In this document: positions 40,731 to 54,682 of the stretch, in pieces
Layout: each line of letters opens with the position of its first letter
How positions within the stretch are numbered: the stretch's first letter is position 1
NCBI GenBank assembly: GCA_965644295.1
Contig: CBFFRP010000255.1
Location: 1-64,000 of the forward strand
Length of the DNA: 64,000 nucleotides
DNA from: Paraphysomonas bandaiensis
Lineage: Eukaryota > Protista > Chrysophyceae
Direction of reading: 5' to 3'
Made by a program: the position numbers and the translations under genes
Notes under the pieces: model-generated
The model's database searches: none
Seen by the model: only the letters and a program-made list of their open reading frames with translations
What the model was told of the DNA's origin: nothing

Positions 40731-43025
40731 ATGACGGAGGCAGCTACTACTCAGTCTATTACAGCAACATTTGATGATATATCTCTGGAGAACGGGCCCA
40801 TGCTTATCCCCCACACTGGATCTGGTTTCGACGGGAGTTTCAATCGATCACCAGCACCTGAGCCATCTCCTTCCCCCAATCCATCACAACAGTCATATTC
40901 TCAACCTAACGGCAGTGTTAGTGAAGAGATGGAGTGCCCTCATAGTAAGGTGGGAATGGTGATAGGAGCAAAAGGAGTTATAATTCAGGAAATTATGAAC
41001 CGAACACATTGCAAAATTGTAGTTATTCAAGATAATTTGCCAGACGGCCATCCACGGAACGTAGTCATAACAGGAGCTCCTGTTCAGGTTCAAGCAGCGA
41101 AATCATTGATTGCGGCTGTTATAAATGATGGGCCATCGGCCCTGCAGACCTCAGCTCCTGGAGAAGACCCGTCTGAGCCTACAGAGACAGAAGAAATGTT
41201 ATGCCCCCCCGATAAAGTCGGTCTAGTTATTGGTTCTAAAGGAGTTGTGATTCAAGATATAATGCGTCGAAGTTACTGTAAAATTACTGTAAATCAGAAC
41301 TTTCCTGAGGGGGAGCCGAGAATGGTTGTGATATGTGGGAAACGGAGTCAGATAGAAAAGGCAAAGTCCCTCGTCGCGTTAGTAATTGCGAATGGCCCCA
41401 CCGCATTGAATTCTGTAGGGAATAGTACAAACATGATAACTGAAGAGATGGACTGCCCCCAGGAGAAAGTTGGTATTGTAATCGGTGCCCGTGGATCTAT
41501 AGTGCAGGATATAATGCGTAAATGCGGGTGTCGCATAGTTATACACCAGGATTTTCCAGAAGGTCAACCTCGTAAGGTTGTCTTTACTGGTACCCCTCAC
41601 CAAGTGGAGGCTGGAAAGAATTTAGTGTCTGCGGTGATAATGCATGGCCCTGCAGCCGTTCAGATGTCTATGGGTGGAGCGGGAAACATTATTCAGGATC
41701 TCAAAATTATCCAGGCTCAGGTAGGAAAGCTGATAGGACCTGGAGGAAGCACGATAAAAGACATTCAGCAGCGGTTTGCGGTCAAGATGAACATAGACCA
41801 GGTGTTGCCTGACACGGATGAAAGGCGGCTGCGCATTACTGGGGAAGCGAGTCGTGTGCAGGCGGCGGCACAAATGGTATGGCATGTGCTGCACAGCGGG
41901 GGTGGTGGTATGATGGGTGGTGGAGTGGTGCCGCAACAGCAACCATATGGTATGCCAATGATGGGTGGATACTCTGATGGGACGGGCGCCATGATGCATC
42001 CAGCGTATTACACAACTCCCCCCGTGCAAGGAGGTGCTGGGCCATATGGTATGCAGTCACCAATGGGTGCCGACGGAATGCAACATATGCAGTCGGCCAT
42101 GCATTCTTCTGTGGGCCAGGGACTGGGAGCTGACGGATTGTCGGGCAGGATAATGCCGGCTACACCTATGAACAATGGGATGATGCACCAAGTTGTGTAC
42201 GTTTACAAGAGCCTCATGGGAAGAATCGCAGGGAAAGAATTTGCCACACTTGCGCTGATGATGTCCAAGTCGGGTGCGAACATTCAAATCGAGCAGGCGC
42301 TTGTATTAGGTACTAACGGACAGGAGATGTGCAAGATTAATATTATCGGCAATCAACAGGGCGTTACTCTTGCTGGACAGATGATTCAAGAGGTAGCTTT
42401 GTTTTTTAGTTTTCTGGCTTGTTAAAGGTTGTGATGCACAGGTGCTCATCAACGGGCCGGATAAGCTTATGTCTTTACCGGATGCCTCTGCTTCAAATAC
42501 GTACGCACTTGACGTGCAGCGAACTGGAGCGGGTCAACTGCGCACGGCTATACAGGAGGGCCAGCAAATGTACGGAGGAGACCAGCAAGGGTATGGAGGG
42601 TATGGCGCTCATATGACTGGGGGCCAAGCCCAGCCCGCTTCATTTCAACAACAGATGTACATGCAGCAGCACGTAAGTCCGCCCCTTTACTCTTTCTTGT
42701 ACACTCAATTTTATTTCTGTAGCCTCAGGATAACATGCAACAAGGTTCTGGTTTCTCAGACATGCCCACCACATCTGCGTCGACAACAACAGAGCAGCAG
42801 TCCGCAGCCGGCTACATGCAGAGTGGTGAAATGTATGGACAATCCCCACATATGCATATGTATCAGCAGCAGCCTCAGCAACATTCACAGTACTACAGCC
42901 AACCGCAGTATGGTTCAGGCTCTGTTGCCAGTACAAACGGGGTGGTAGGAGGGATACATCAGCAGAGGTACCACCAACAAACGCAGTCCCATCAACAGGC
43001 CCATGGTGGCACAAATGGAAATTAA
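40731..43025 (+). CDS. Multi-KH-domain RNA-binding protein (FUBP/KSRP-like)
   Basis: Four KH domains with GxxG loops (GAKG, GSKG, GARG, GPGG), a fifth degenerate KH, and a Q/G/Y-rich low-complexity tail. Confidence 0.9.
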
Positions 43026-43850
43026 TTTCATATCGTTTGCAGCATAAGATAATGTAACTATCACGAGTTATACCCACAATATTCGAATGCAATAAGTTAC
43101 GAGATAATGATGAAAACTAGGTTTAAAATGAGAATAAATGACATGGTACTGATCAATGAATATGTTTGCATGATTACGAATAGCTTTTTCACCCACAGAC
43201 AGTATTGTGTATATGCATGACTGAATTGATATTATGAAAAGAAGGTATTTGTTCCATGATCATGATAGTGTGTGACTTGAACATTCTTATAATGGAAATG
43301 CTTTTCTTGGTTAGGCGCCTATTCTTTTTAATAATGAATGCCGATGCTCATATAGTGTGACCAATGAAACTGGTCTGAACCTACTCTTAGAATTGTTCCA
43401 CACTGGATAATAAATAATTTACTATAGGGCATGCCATAAACAACAACAGTAAAGACTGGTTATATGCATACACAGTACAAAGCAATACGTCTCAGACTTA
43501 CTCAATAACTAACAGGTTTAAAAAGTGAGAACTCAGACTGCAATTATTATTGGTCAGGGCTAATAAAGAATTGATCTTACAGTAGTAATAGTAAAACAAT
43601 GCTGTGATTATTAGAGTGTAAAGTGATGAACACAATAAAGTGAGAAAATATAAATAACAATATAAAACGAGATAAAACATAACTATCATGCACAACGGAA
43701 TAGTTAGAAGTGTAACCGATAATGACGATCGTTATGATGACGATCGTGTATCTTCAACAGATACTCTCTCTAATTCAGTTTATAATATATTTCATTGAAC
43801 ATTATAACTCATAGATACAATTTTCAATCTTGTATTATGCTGAATCCTAA

Positions 43851-44252
43851 GAGGGCTGCGTAACAATTAATTGCAATTAAATTGCAAATATTTTTGAAAT
43901 TATTATCAATTAATTGCAATTAACTTGCCAATTATAGTCTAACTAAATTAGCTGCACTTTACAAGCACGAATATTGACTTCAACTGTACTTACTTTCCAC
44001 AGAAGTCTATTAAAGCGCAATACATATGAAAGCCTTCAACTCGTGAGACAACATGGATTTGCGCAGATCACTCATGTTGAGGTTTGCTCTACTGAAAAGC
44101 CTTTCTACACAATTAGTAGTGGAGTAAATATGCTTCAAGCAGATGTACTTAGTTTTCTTTTTCCTCTTCTTCATCAGTTCTGTACAACAGTAAACGTTTG
44201 AGCTGCGCCTTCTCAGGTCGAGTGAGAGTGTCCTCCAATCCGCTGTGGACAT
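43851..44252 (-). mobile_element. Degenerate hAT transposon end with transposase dimerisation-domain remnant
   Basis: STTNCVERLFSRANLNMSDLRKSM followed, in another frame, by LRFNRLLW; terminus agggctg with repeated aattaattgcaatt subterminal motifs (43851-43935). Confidence 0.7.
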
Positions 44253-44713
44253 TCACAACAGAATTTTTGTAGGTCTAATTCATAATTATGTCTGCATGCT
44301 CACCAGGTAGTGAATTAAGATGTTGAATATAAAAGATGCACATAACTAGGATCAGCCTGTTCGGGATATTTTTAGAATTCTCTTATCTCCGCTGTCAAGC
44401 GCTCTAATTTAGTATATGTCACTGCACTTGGGATGTTGCCAATTAGTTGGCTGGTTTATTTATATAATACACATCTTATGATGTTTAGCTACACGTAGCT
44501 ACTGATAAGAGACACAAACCCATTATCTGTTAGCATAAAGATATTATTGGATTTCGTGTTATTTTCTAGTCACACCACAAATAATGTAAAACCTAGTCAA
44601 TGAATGCAGATATTTAATTACTTATTACTTTGACTAGATTTCTACACCAAAATTAGTGTGGCACGTTAATTCAACGAATTTGACTAGGTTGAATAATAAT
44701 TCCCTTAAATGTT

Positions 44714-45018
44714 TATTAGAATATGGAATATGGATCTTATTCTAGTATAACATTCAGTATTCAGTATGTCACTTGAGACAATGTAAGAGAATACAGTGAA
44801 ATATAGTGATGTACAAATGCTGTGATGTGTGATGGTATTGAGAAACTGAACTAGTTTGATCTTTCTCAACGAGAGGTTCGCATATGTAGGATATTGTGCG
44901 TGGAACAAAATGAGTTAGTGTTGTTTATCACAACTTCGTGTAAACGATATTAGTAAATCTATCTAGTCTAAGGACAAATTCTCTTTGAGATCTAGTTAAC
45001 AATGAGAAATTTCCAACA
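44714..45018 (+). mobile_element. Solo LTR related to the copia element
   Basis: TATTAGAATATGG...TTTCCAACA, homologous to the copia LTR; perfect TSD ATGTT (44709-44713, 45019-45023). Confidence 0.9.
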
Positions 45019-45487
45019 ATGTTCATGTTTCTGCGTGCAAATCGACATCTTCGGGATGAGATTGTATTTCAGAAAGTTATTGGAAAGATAATAATTGGAC
45101 GCCTGGTAAATAGTTGCACCTATTATTGTTGGATACCTCTGACCAATTAATTGCCAGTTAATTCTTATATTGTTACGCATGCCTGACAATAGTCTATCTT
45201 GTTGGTTTACGGATTACTATATTTAGTAACTGCAGGGAGTATAATTGACCCAAATATGCTACAGGAATGCTGTGGACTAATCCATAACTTTACCACGACA
45301 TTGACTGGTCAGTATAGCAAACACCGGCTTCGTAATTCACACAAAATATTTCCTTTCCCGTGAGGCAAAAACAAAATACGGAGTACGATATACATGATAC
45401 ATAATATGAACCTGCAGTTTTTTATTATCGATTATACTAAAGCGGACATCCACAAGTTCCATTTAGTAATTCTGGCACGACTCAAAA

Positions 45488-47472
45488 CTAGTGCGATACA
45501 GTTGTGAGGTCAATGTTAAGCTCCCGATGCAAGGGAAGGACGCGTTCTGTAATCAATTTCTCTGCTCTATCAAGGGACACTTGGTTGACCATATCGTCTA
45601 TTCTTTCAGACCAATCAGATTCTGCATCCATCGCCTCTAGTTCTGCCGCGGATTCCGCAACTAGCTCTTTCAAAATTTCATCCTATTAGGTATATTACCA
45701 GAGTACATCATCGGTATAACAATAACAACCTGCACTCGGCTTAATACGAGGGCGTTGTGGTAAGTCACGTGCCCAGGACCGGTGCCACCATAGCAGACCA
45801 TGGCATAACCAGAGCGGAATTTATCTCCCATTGCATTTTCTAAGCGATTCTCAACGCGTTTCTGAAGAATAAAACTCCTGTCGGCCACTTTGTCCCGCAT
45901 CTAAATATAATATCAAAAAGTAACTAACACATGTGAAGATCAAACAATAACAACAGACTTCGTGAAAGTTTTCCACTGCCAGGGTAGCAATGGCATCTCC
46001 ATTTGGTTTTCGAGCCGCGTTGAACTCTTCGAAGGCATTAGCCCACGACGCAGCCACGTCACTATCCATAACTGGCGGTGTAGTCAAGTTGTTAGCCGCT
46101 TCAACATCTACGACCTCAGACAAACACCCTCCAGAACAGCCATGCCTGTCCAACGCCTGTAGTCAAATTACAAGCGGCAATAACGAATACAGGTAGACGC
46201 GTACTAACACGTATCAGCTCCAGTACGTCCTCAAAACCTGAGTTCATGCCCTGGCCAAAAAAAGGGACAATAGCATGGGCCGCATCGCCGATAAGAACAA
46301 TTCTTCCCTTGTGGTTCCACTTAGAAGTCAGAACAGTGCCAAGGATACCGCTTGGGTTGGTGAGCATTTGATCATTTGCACGGTCAATACCTCCCAGGAG
46401 GGGAATAGCCTAGAAAAATAATTAAGGTGATCCTTGGGTGACACTTCAGCAGTACTCACATCAGGGTAGTACTTCTCGAAGAACTCTTGACCGGCCTCTG
46501 CGTCTGTAATAGTAGCGAAACTCTCACTGTAGATACAACATTCACCCCTGAATACATGAGATAAAGCTGATGATTACCTGCCCTCTTCATCCATATACAA
46601 TGTCCCAGTCATGGACCCGTCAAGATTGGCGAGGGCCATGAGCATGTGGTTCCGACGGGGCCAGATATGGAGACCGTGTTGGACAAGTCCGGTACCTTGT
46701 GGAAAGAGCATTTCCTTATAGACATGGCGGGAGCCGCCGCTGAAACATGATATGAGAACCTCTGTAGGAAACAAGTAAGTTGAAATCATACTTATCCGTG
46801 CCTAGCATAGTTTCCTTGAACTCCGTGAGACCCGCATTTCGCATAGCATAACGTGCCCGGGATCCTCCTCCATCGCACCCCACTACAGGGCACGCACAGA
46901 ACACACGGACCCGACTCTCGATACCATCACGGTGTGCAACGAATTCAAGTGTGCATCCTACATCTCCACCGCCATTGCAAGTTCCATCAGAAAAGTCGGT
47001 GCTGTCTGAATCTAACGAGTGGCCAAAATATATTTTCGCGCCAGCTGATTCAGCTTTCTGTATTAGAAATTTGTTCAGCTCGAACCTGATAGGTGAGAAG
47101 TAACTCAATGGGAATGACAACAATATTGCAAATTAACCTGCTTATAGAATAGTTGCACTCTGAATCATCCTTTCCGTATCTCTGAAACTGAACGGACCCG
47201 TCTTGCTGATGAATGACGCGTCCAGTGACCGCAACAGCTAAGGCGAGTATTTCATCACGTAATCCTTCCTCACCAAAACAATCCACAGCCCTCAGACCAC
47301 GTTTAGTAATAACTAAATTAATGGACCTGCCGAGACTGGGGATCTGTCTGATATCCTGATACCTCTCAAACACAGACACTCTGAAGCCCTTCTTCTGGAG
47401 TAAATATGCTAATAGCGACCCCACCAAACCAGCCCCAATAATAACTACATCACCTTTACCGAACGATGCCAT
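45488..47472 (-). CDS. KMO: Kynurenine 3-monooxygenase
   Basis: IGAGLVGS, GRSINL, GCDGGGS, LHIWPR..MLMALANLDGSMTGTL, GDAAHAIVPFFGQGMNSGFED. Confidence 0.92.
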
Positions 47473-47604
47473 GTTTAAGGGTTGATATCACTTTTTTATG
47501 GAGAATTAGTGACTCGGATACCACTGATGCTTGATACGTATGTGTATGTATGCGAACAGAGAGTGGAGATTTTGTGTGTACAACATGTACTTTGCGGTAT
47601 ATCC

Positions 47605-47605
<1 letters not shown>

Positions 47606-47635
<30 letters not shown>

Positions 47636-48042
47636 TGTATGTATGTATGTATGTATGTATGTATGTATGTATGTATGTATGTATGTATGTATGTATGTAT
47701 GTATGTATGTATGTATGTATGTATGTATGTATGTATGTATGTATGTATGTATGTATGTATGTATGTATGTATGTATGTATGTATGTATGTATGTATGTAT
47801 GTATGTATGTATGTATGTATGTATGTATGTATGTATGTGTAGGCGTATGTATGTATGTATGTATGTATGTATGTATGTATGTATGTATGTATGTATGTAT
47901 GTATGTATGTATGTATGTATGTATGTATGTATGTATGTATGTACGTATGTATGTATGTATGTATGTATGTATGTATGTATGTATGTATGTATGTATGTAT
48001 GTATGTATGTATGTATGTATGTATGTATGTATGTATGTATGT
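47606..48042. repeat. (TATG)n microsatellite, about 108 units
   Basis: Nearly perfect array with interruptions near 47838 and 47944. Confidence 0.99.
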
Positions 48043-48119
48043 GTGGGGTACAATGAGAGTGTCCATTTCATTGACATGCTAGAGTTCTGTGATATGCATC
48101 AGTTGGTTATTCTCTATTG

Positions 48120-49154
48120 ATGAGCTGCAGGGTGTTGTTCGTATTGGGCTGCTGTTGCTTACTCATACATGGGAGATGTATATTTCGCAGTGTTAAGGGT
48201 GGTAACCTGTCGTCATCCATGAATGTTGTGCCTGTATCGCATCAGCCGTGGGATAAGAGCTACTGCTTTTCTTACCAGAGCTATTCAGGTGACCCTGTGC
48301 GAAACTTTTGCTTCCCCTCTGTTATAGTGTCTGGATTTCCCAAATGTGGATCCAGTTTTCTATTTAATGTTCTCTCACAGCACTGCATGTTTGCTAAGAC
48401 AAAGCGAAAAGAGCTTTGTCTTGGAGGTGTAAAGTCTGAGACATGGCAGAATATGATATCATATCTTCCAAATATTGAACAAGCGAAAAACAAATATGTT
48501 CTATCAGGGTGTATGCATCTTGGAGCTAACACCGCTGCAATGAAAGAGCTATGTATTCGGGGCACTAAACTAGTATACGTCGTTCGCGATGTAGCGGACA
48601 TGTTGTGGGCATCATATAATTTCTGGTGTATTGATAGCGTAGATATAGATTGTTTTCCTGGTAAGCATGCATCTCCAGTTGATAAAAGAAGTCCTGAGCA
48701 TTTTCATTCAATGATTATAAACAATACACCTATGGGTGGCGGCGTCCCGCTGACTCAAGAAGGGCTCTGCTATCGAAAAGAACTTCTTTTGGCCAGTCAA
48801 GTGTTCGGTGCAAGTAACATTCTTGTAATTCGTTCAGAGGATATGCTGTCGCTAAATTCAAAGAAAGTTGCACTCACACGTATATTACGTTTTTTTAATG
48901 TCGAGAACAATACTTGTTCAATGGAATGGTTGCACGATCATGGCTCTACCATGTATAGAGTCAATTCAGGGAAACTCATACAGTCTCGTGGAGAAAAAAC
49001 TCAGACATATGATACTAGTGCTAGTGGGCTATATGAAATTAGCGACTTCAGGCCCATGTTCTCTGAAACCAGAGCTCTCATATATGATAGATGGGCAGAC
49101 GAATGCAGATGGTTAGCTCGAAAATATGGCATAGTGTATGATTCGTGCATGTAG
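48120..49154 (+). CDS. Sulfotransferase-family protein (secretory/Golgi type), intronless
   Basis: Hydrophobic N-terminus; 5'-PSB-like GFPKCGSS and KE; 3'-PB-like VVRDVADMLWASY. Confidence 0.8.
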   Translation: MSCRVLFVLGCCCLLIHGRCIFRSVKGGNLSSSMNVVPVSHQPWDKSYCFSYQSYSGDPVRNFCFPSVIVSGFPKCGSSFLFNVLSQHCMFAKTKRKELCLGGVKSETWQNMISYLPNIEQAKNKYVLSGCMHLGANTAAMKELCIRGTKLVYVVRDVADMLWASYNFWCIDSVDIDCFPGKHASPVDKRSPEHFHSMIINNTPMGGGVPLTQEGLCYRKELLLASQVFGASNILVIRSEDMLSLNSKKVALTRILRFFNVENNTCSMEWLHDHGSTMYRVNSGKLIQSRGEKTQTYDTSASGLYEISDFRPMFSETRALIYDRWADECRWLARKYGIVYDSCM

Positions 49155-50004
49155 AAGTAGGTGTGAGCAGTGTGTGTTTATATTATTTATGTCTTTATTT
49201 AAGAATGTTGAAAATTTATGACTGTGGAAGTTATCAGATAGAATCAGTTTTTTTATTAGTTTGAAGTTACAACGTGCATCTGAAATTCAAATGATATCAA
49301 CATATCAACACACTTGAGCGCTATATCTGTTAATATTCATATGCTTGGATTTCGAATTCTTTCTCCATTAAATTGAAGTGGGTTTGCTGCAAAGTATCTA
49401 AATCGATTGGGTTCGCTAGTAAGCTAATTACTTGCAAAAATGGCGGAATCGCAATGTTGTGTTGTATGATATATCATATTGTGTAATTGAAGTGTAGTTG
49501 TAATGTACAAGAACTCATTGTACGATAGTGTGAATTTAGTAACCAATACATGCGGAATATCAGATTTACTGAATATGGGAGTGTAAAGTTCTTGAGCGCC
49601 GTTGTGTGTGTTAGTGTGCACTCCAAACACAATCAATGTTTCACATGGTGATGCTCAGTATGCCCCGACAACCCTGGGCGTCACTGAGTAATATTGAGAA
49701 TTGTGTAAAGTGTAAACAAGGTATTTCAAATACTTATCCCATTTATAAAAAGCAATATCATACGAAATATTATTAATATCCATATCCCACCTTGCGCTTC
49801 TATACTCACACGTACAGTAGTAACAATACTGAATGTTCAAAAAGGTATACATAATACATACTCGCAACCTGTACGGATTCATGACCAAGATAAATCCATT
49901 CAATCGGTTGAAAACGAGTATTTCTATACATCTACTATTTCATCAAGCCATTGCATTTATGCAACGGATGCATACTCTTATTAAACATAAAACTGCAGCA
50001 CTAG

Positions 50005-51670
50005 TCATGACATGTTAAACAGCCCCGATTCGTGTCCAAATATGTCATCTGATGATAGCAGAAAGTGCCTAAAATCATCTGTAGATTTCGTCGAAGAGGG
50101 GTTACTATTGGAAAAGTGTGATTGTAATAACATAGATCCATCCATATCCGTCGGGTGATCACCAAACAAGGCGGGATCCGACGACCCAGTGATGTAATCA
50201 AAATCTATATAAGGACTATCTCTATCACAAATGTCTCGTGACTTTAACGATGGCAACGGAGGTAAATCGTGCCCAGCTCCATCAGTATGCATGGCCCCCA
50301 ATAGGCTTTCTTCTGAATCACTGCCACTTCCTCGCCGATTCATAAGAGATACTGGCATCCCATTCAGTGATCTTGTAGGGATATGCGCCTCCATATATCT
50401 ATCTTGCTGGTCTCTCTCATCATCATGGAATTGTTTCCAGCGTTTATTGTCATTCGAGAAGTTCGGCACTTGATCATCGTCGACTTCACTTTTGTCATCG
50501 TTTTCTCCCGACACTAAGTTTGAGGGCCGTTTCAGTGACCTCACACTATTTGAGGGATTCATGCTCTGTCCGGAAGCTACAGCAAGTAGTTCTTTCTCAT
50601 AACGCTCCCTATCTCTCACAGCATCTGCCTGCCACAGCGCCCTCTCGTCGTCCGGCATGTTCCGCCAGAGCTGAGAACATATAGTTGGAAACTCTCGAAA
50701 TGAGAGCTCTGGACGCTCTACTGACAGTTGTTTTCGGGCACACTGATAGAACAGTGTATATGCCGATCTGGGTCCACGAGGAAGGGATAGACCTTTCTTG
50801 CATAAACCTTTCTTCGACCCATCAGATGACACATTGTCACTTTCTCGCTGCGCTTTAACATCCTTCTCCATTTGAACCCAAACTTGTTTCTCTTCTCTGG
50901 ACATTGTCCTCCACTGCTTCGAAAGCTCCTTCTGAATTTGGTTATAGCTGTAGTCAGGATTCTGCGCCAATACTTTGTCTCGCATAGCCTGTACAACAAC
51001 ACTGTGAGGACCACATGATAGTCAGACTACGCACTATTATACCTGAACAAACATAGGGAATGCTGTCTTCGGGCCAGAAGGCTTTCGCTCTTCAATAGTC
51101 GGTGCTGTTGTACCGGAATCACCAGGGTCGTCCTTCACAATCCCAAGACTGTTCTGTAAGTCGTTCATTTCCTTGAAGAACTCTTTTCTTGCTACCAACT
51201 CGCTTTGAATCCATGGCTAGTAGCAACCAAATTAGACAAAATTAATAGCACATGCATGCACGTACCATTTTCTCCTTCTGGCTGTATGATCTCCACAATT
51301 TTCCTGCATACTTTTGATACTCGTTGAACGTGGCGGTCGGATGCTTCTCGAAGTAAGGCTTTCTGGAGCTCTCTAAAAACAGCATATACGCTGTCTTAGG
51401 CCTCCTCGGAGCACTTAATGTTTTTCCTTTGACAACTTTGCTCACAATCGACGCATCACTCCCACTGAGATGCGAACGCGCAGTGCTATTCGGTTGCGGT
51501 GAGGCTCCACGAGACGAATAAGTAGAAGCGACAGATAACTTCTCGTCGCTTTCTTTGTAGACACTCATATCGTCATGGCCATTGCTCACATTACTCTGTA
51601 TATATATATTGCATTAGTTACTGATATTACGTATCGTGTAACACCATCTGACCTCATCTACTTCCTTCAT
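50005..51670 (-). CDS. Protein with three HMG boxes
   Basis: PRRPKTAYMLF...GKLWRS; PSGPKTAFPMF...LSKQWRTMS; PRGPRSAYTLF...SQLWRNMP...DRERYEKE. Confidence 0.88.
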
Positions 51671-52949
51671 ACTCACTCACTCCAACCGTTGCATCTTCGG
51701 CAAATCAGTATGCACGATGGCGAATAATATTTAAGCAAGGCTTACAATCCACGCCATGTGAATATATATCACACTGTCTAACAGTTAATATGATACACGC
51801 GACACTCTCAGCAGGACATGATCGATACAACCCTATCATGCAGCACCATACCATGCAGCCTACAGCTCATCTCATAGGCAGAAGTGAAGTTGAGGATATG
51901 CTCCACACAACATCCGAAAAAAAAATCAGGAAACACGATATTAAAATTTTCAACCAAAATTTTGATTTCCACTTACGGCAATGCGTATAATAAACAGGCT
52001 ACAGGATGAAGGTCTGTAGCCGTTAGCCGTTGGAGATTGTACTGGATGCAAGAAAAAGCACCATGCATTCAAGCAACTCGTTATATAATCTTTCTTGCAT
52101 GTAGTTAATGCTGACAATATACTTCGAACCTGTATAATGATATCTTTTAGAGACACCAAAGGCAGCTCCAATGACGTTGATATTGACCTCGAGACAACAA
52201 TACCTTCCAAAGTATATTTCGCCACAAATTATGGAACCCTAGTACGAAGGAAAGTAAACATGTGTCATTTCTCAACGACGGAACAAGACAAAGTGACAGG
52301 CCATAATGACAAAAGTAGTAGTAAAGTCTCAAAAAATAAAAGCTTTGTGCAAGTTGTTATACCTAAAAGCTGTCGAGATTTATATAACATTCACAGCGAC
52401 AAAGAATATATTGGATATCACGATCCCTGCAATATGGGGACATCTAGCCAACATTTTTCTAGTCATAATAGCTTTAATATTTCAAAGTGGCAGTAAAATT
52501 TGTGTTATTGAAAGAAATAGTACTATTTGTTTTTCATAATGTTAAGTGTTGCTGGCTATGAATGAATGAGCCGACCAGCACCGCATGCATAACAATATGC
52601 AAACATACAATACTGTAAATGTATATAGAGCGACCTTTCTTATCCTTCGATAAAGTGTAACACATAATAACAAGTCGACACTCCTATAACCTGATCTAAA
52701 GCTGTAAACAACCTCAAATATCTAATATCTAAAATGGCTACTATTCAATCCCTTACTTGTTGAACTGGTAGAAAATCAATTGTGGAATCTAACGAAGTCA
52801 CGTATCGATATTTATCAGATATACTTCCATAGAAGTGGAATACTGTGCACAATTTCCAATGTCCAAGACGAATCATTGAATTATAAATAAAATAATTCAT
52901 TATGAATAAGTGCTACACTAATATAAACAAAATAACAGAAATATTTTCT

Positions 52950-54116
52950 TCATGGGGCATTTCCACTAACATACCCCTCTTCATTGTGGTCAACGCCTCG
53001 GTTTCTTCTGTTTCTGAAATTTCTCTGTTCAATAGTCCGAGGAGAGTAGTACGCAGAGTTTCGTGACGCAGACCCACGGACAGGCTGATCCCTTTGTTCA
53101 ATAGCACGCTGCATAAAAAAGAAAGAATCTCTCTTAACCCTTTCTCCTTTCCTCGTTCGAGCTGCATCGCGCTCCATTTTAAGACGGGTAGGGTCAGAAC
53201 CCTGACCCATAATAATCTCATCTTCGCCACCACCCGCCCGTGACTTTCCCCCCTCCTCAGCGTTGCTTGCGTTGATTATACCAGATATAACTCTAATAAA
53301 TTCAGACTTGGGAACCCCGATAACCCTACTGTCGTTGTTCTCTACATTTAGGGCGAAGTTACAGAGAAGTGAAGCAACAACTGCAATTACGCAGCATATA
53401 TGGTTTCCATGCTTCATCCTGCACCGTAACCCAAACAGTGAGGGTTAAACTATACATATCGACATACTACTCACAAATGAAAACCAAACATATCACAACA
53501 ATGAAGCCCAGCGTAAAGTCCTATTAATCCTGTCAGCCAGCTGCCGACTATTTGATGTGGAAAACGGCTCCTTGAATATACTCGAGAGAAGCCAATTAAT
53601 GCAATCAAGGCTATTGCAGCAACAAAGAGCAAGACAGACTTATAATGCACACAATAATGTCCTAGTATAACAACAGCCATATGACTCTCTAACGATGGAA
53701 ACCTGTGTATTACGAATATAAGTACCACCTTAGTCAACGTAATACACATACCCATAACTTTCCGCACCAGTATCAGTCATAGGCTGCAATGTGCGATCAT
53801 ATTCAACAGGTCTTTTTGCTTCAATTACTTTTCGAAGTACTAATACTAAATTAAAACATATTGGAGTCAAACAATCTGAGTACCACTTACAGAAAGACAC
53901 AGACAGGTTCAACACTACAAGCCAAAAATGGCGCCTGCCGATATCATAAATCCCTAGGGCCACAAAAAAATAGAGAATCAATACAATGTCATTAAAGGGA
54001 TTCTTCGACACAATGCTTCTCATGACGCTGTCGACATCTACGTTTGAAGCGCAGTAATTCCGAATGGACCGCATCAACTGCATGTCGTTTCTAATTAGCG
54101 TCTTGAAATCGCTCAT
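52950..54116 (-). CDS. PAP2/glucose-6-phosphatase-like membrane protein with degenerate catalytic motifs
   Basis: KVIEAKRP, ESYG/FPSLESH and SRVYSRSRFPHQ motifs with several hydrophobic helices. Confidence 0.75.
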
Positions 54117-54282
54117 GATTGACTCTAATTCACAGGTTGTAATTATTAGACTACCACAACCAGATCATTAATTAATGCTGCTATTGATTAGGCAATAAGC
54201 AATAAAGATATGGCACTGTAAGTGCATATAAATGTACTATGCATCTCTAGAAGTTAAACCCCATGTCCGTTGAACAGCCTGC

Positions 54283-54510
54283 ACTGTACCTGTACACTCC
54301 CTGTACTGCTGTACCTATACTGTACCTGGACGCTCCCTGTACTGCTGTACCTATACTGTACCTGTACGCTCCCTGTACTGTACCTGTACACTCCCTATAC
54401 CTGTACACTCCCTATACTGCTGTACCTGTACACTCCCTATACTGTACCTGTACACTCCCTATACTGTACTGTACACTCCCTATACTGTACCTGTACACTC
54501 CCTATACTGC
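54283..54510. repeat. Imperfect minisatellite built from ctgtac / ctccctata units
   Basis: Repeated ctgtacctgtacactccctatactg variants. Confidence 0.9.
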
Positions 54511-54682
54511 AGTGCAATCGACTCATGTGAAGTGATACTGTGTATACTGCTGTAGATAGACATGTCTGAGAGCAGACGAGAGCAGCATGCATACATACTC
54601 GCATATAAGCATACCACTTGTAGAGATATTCCCTCCTGAGAGATACGACGACTGAACACCCTCATCCTCATCCTCGTAGTCC

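Noticed and set aside
47482-48120. ORFs encoding (MYVC)n or (HTYI)n
   Set aside because: Artefacts of the stop-free TATG microsatellite
52095-52496. 133-aa ORF in an AT-rich gap (similar cases at 4316-4711 and 24439-24765)
   Set aside because: No recognisable motifs or splice context; may be decayed TE sequence but unsupported
54263-54535. Cys/Tyr/Pro-rich short ORFs (also 2601-3051)
   Set aside because: Translations of minisatellites
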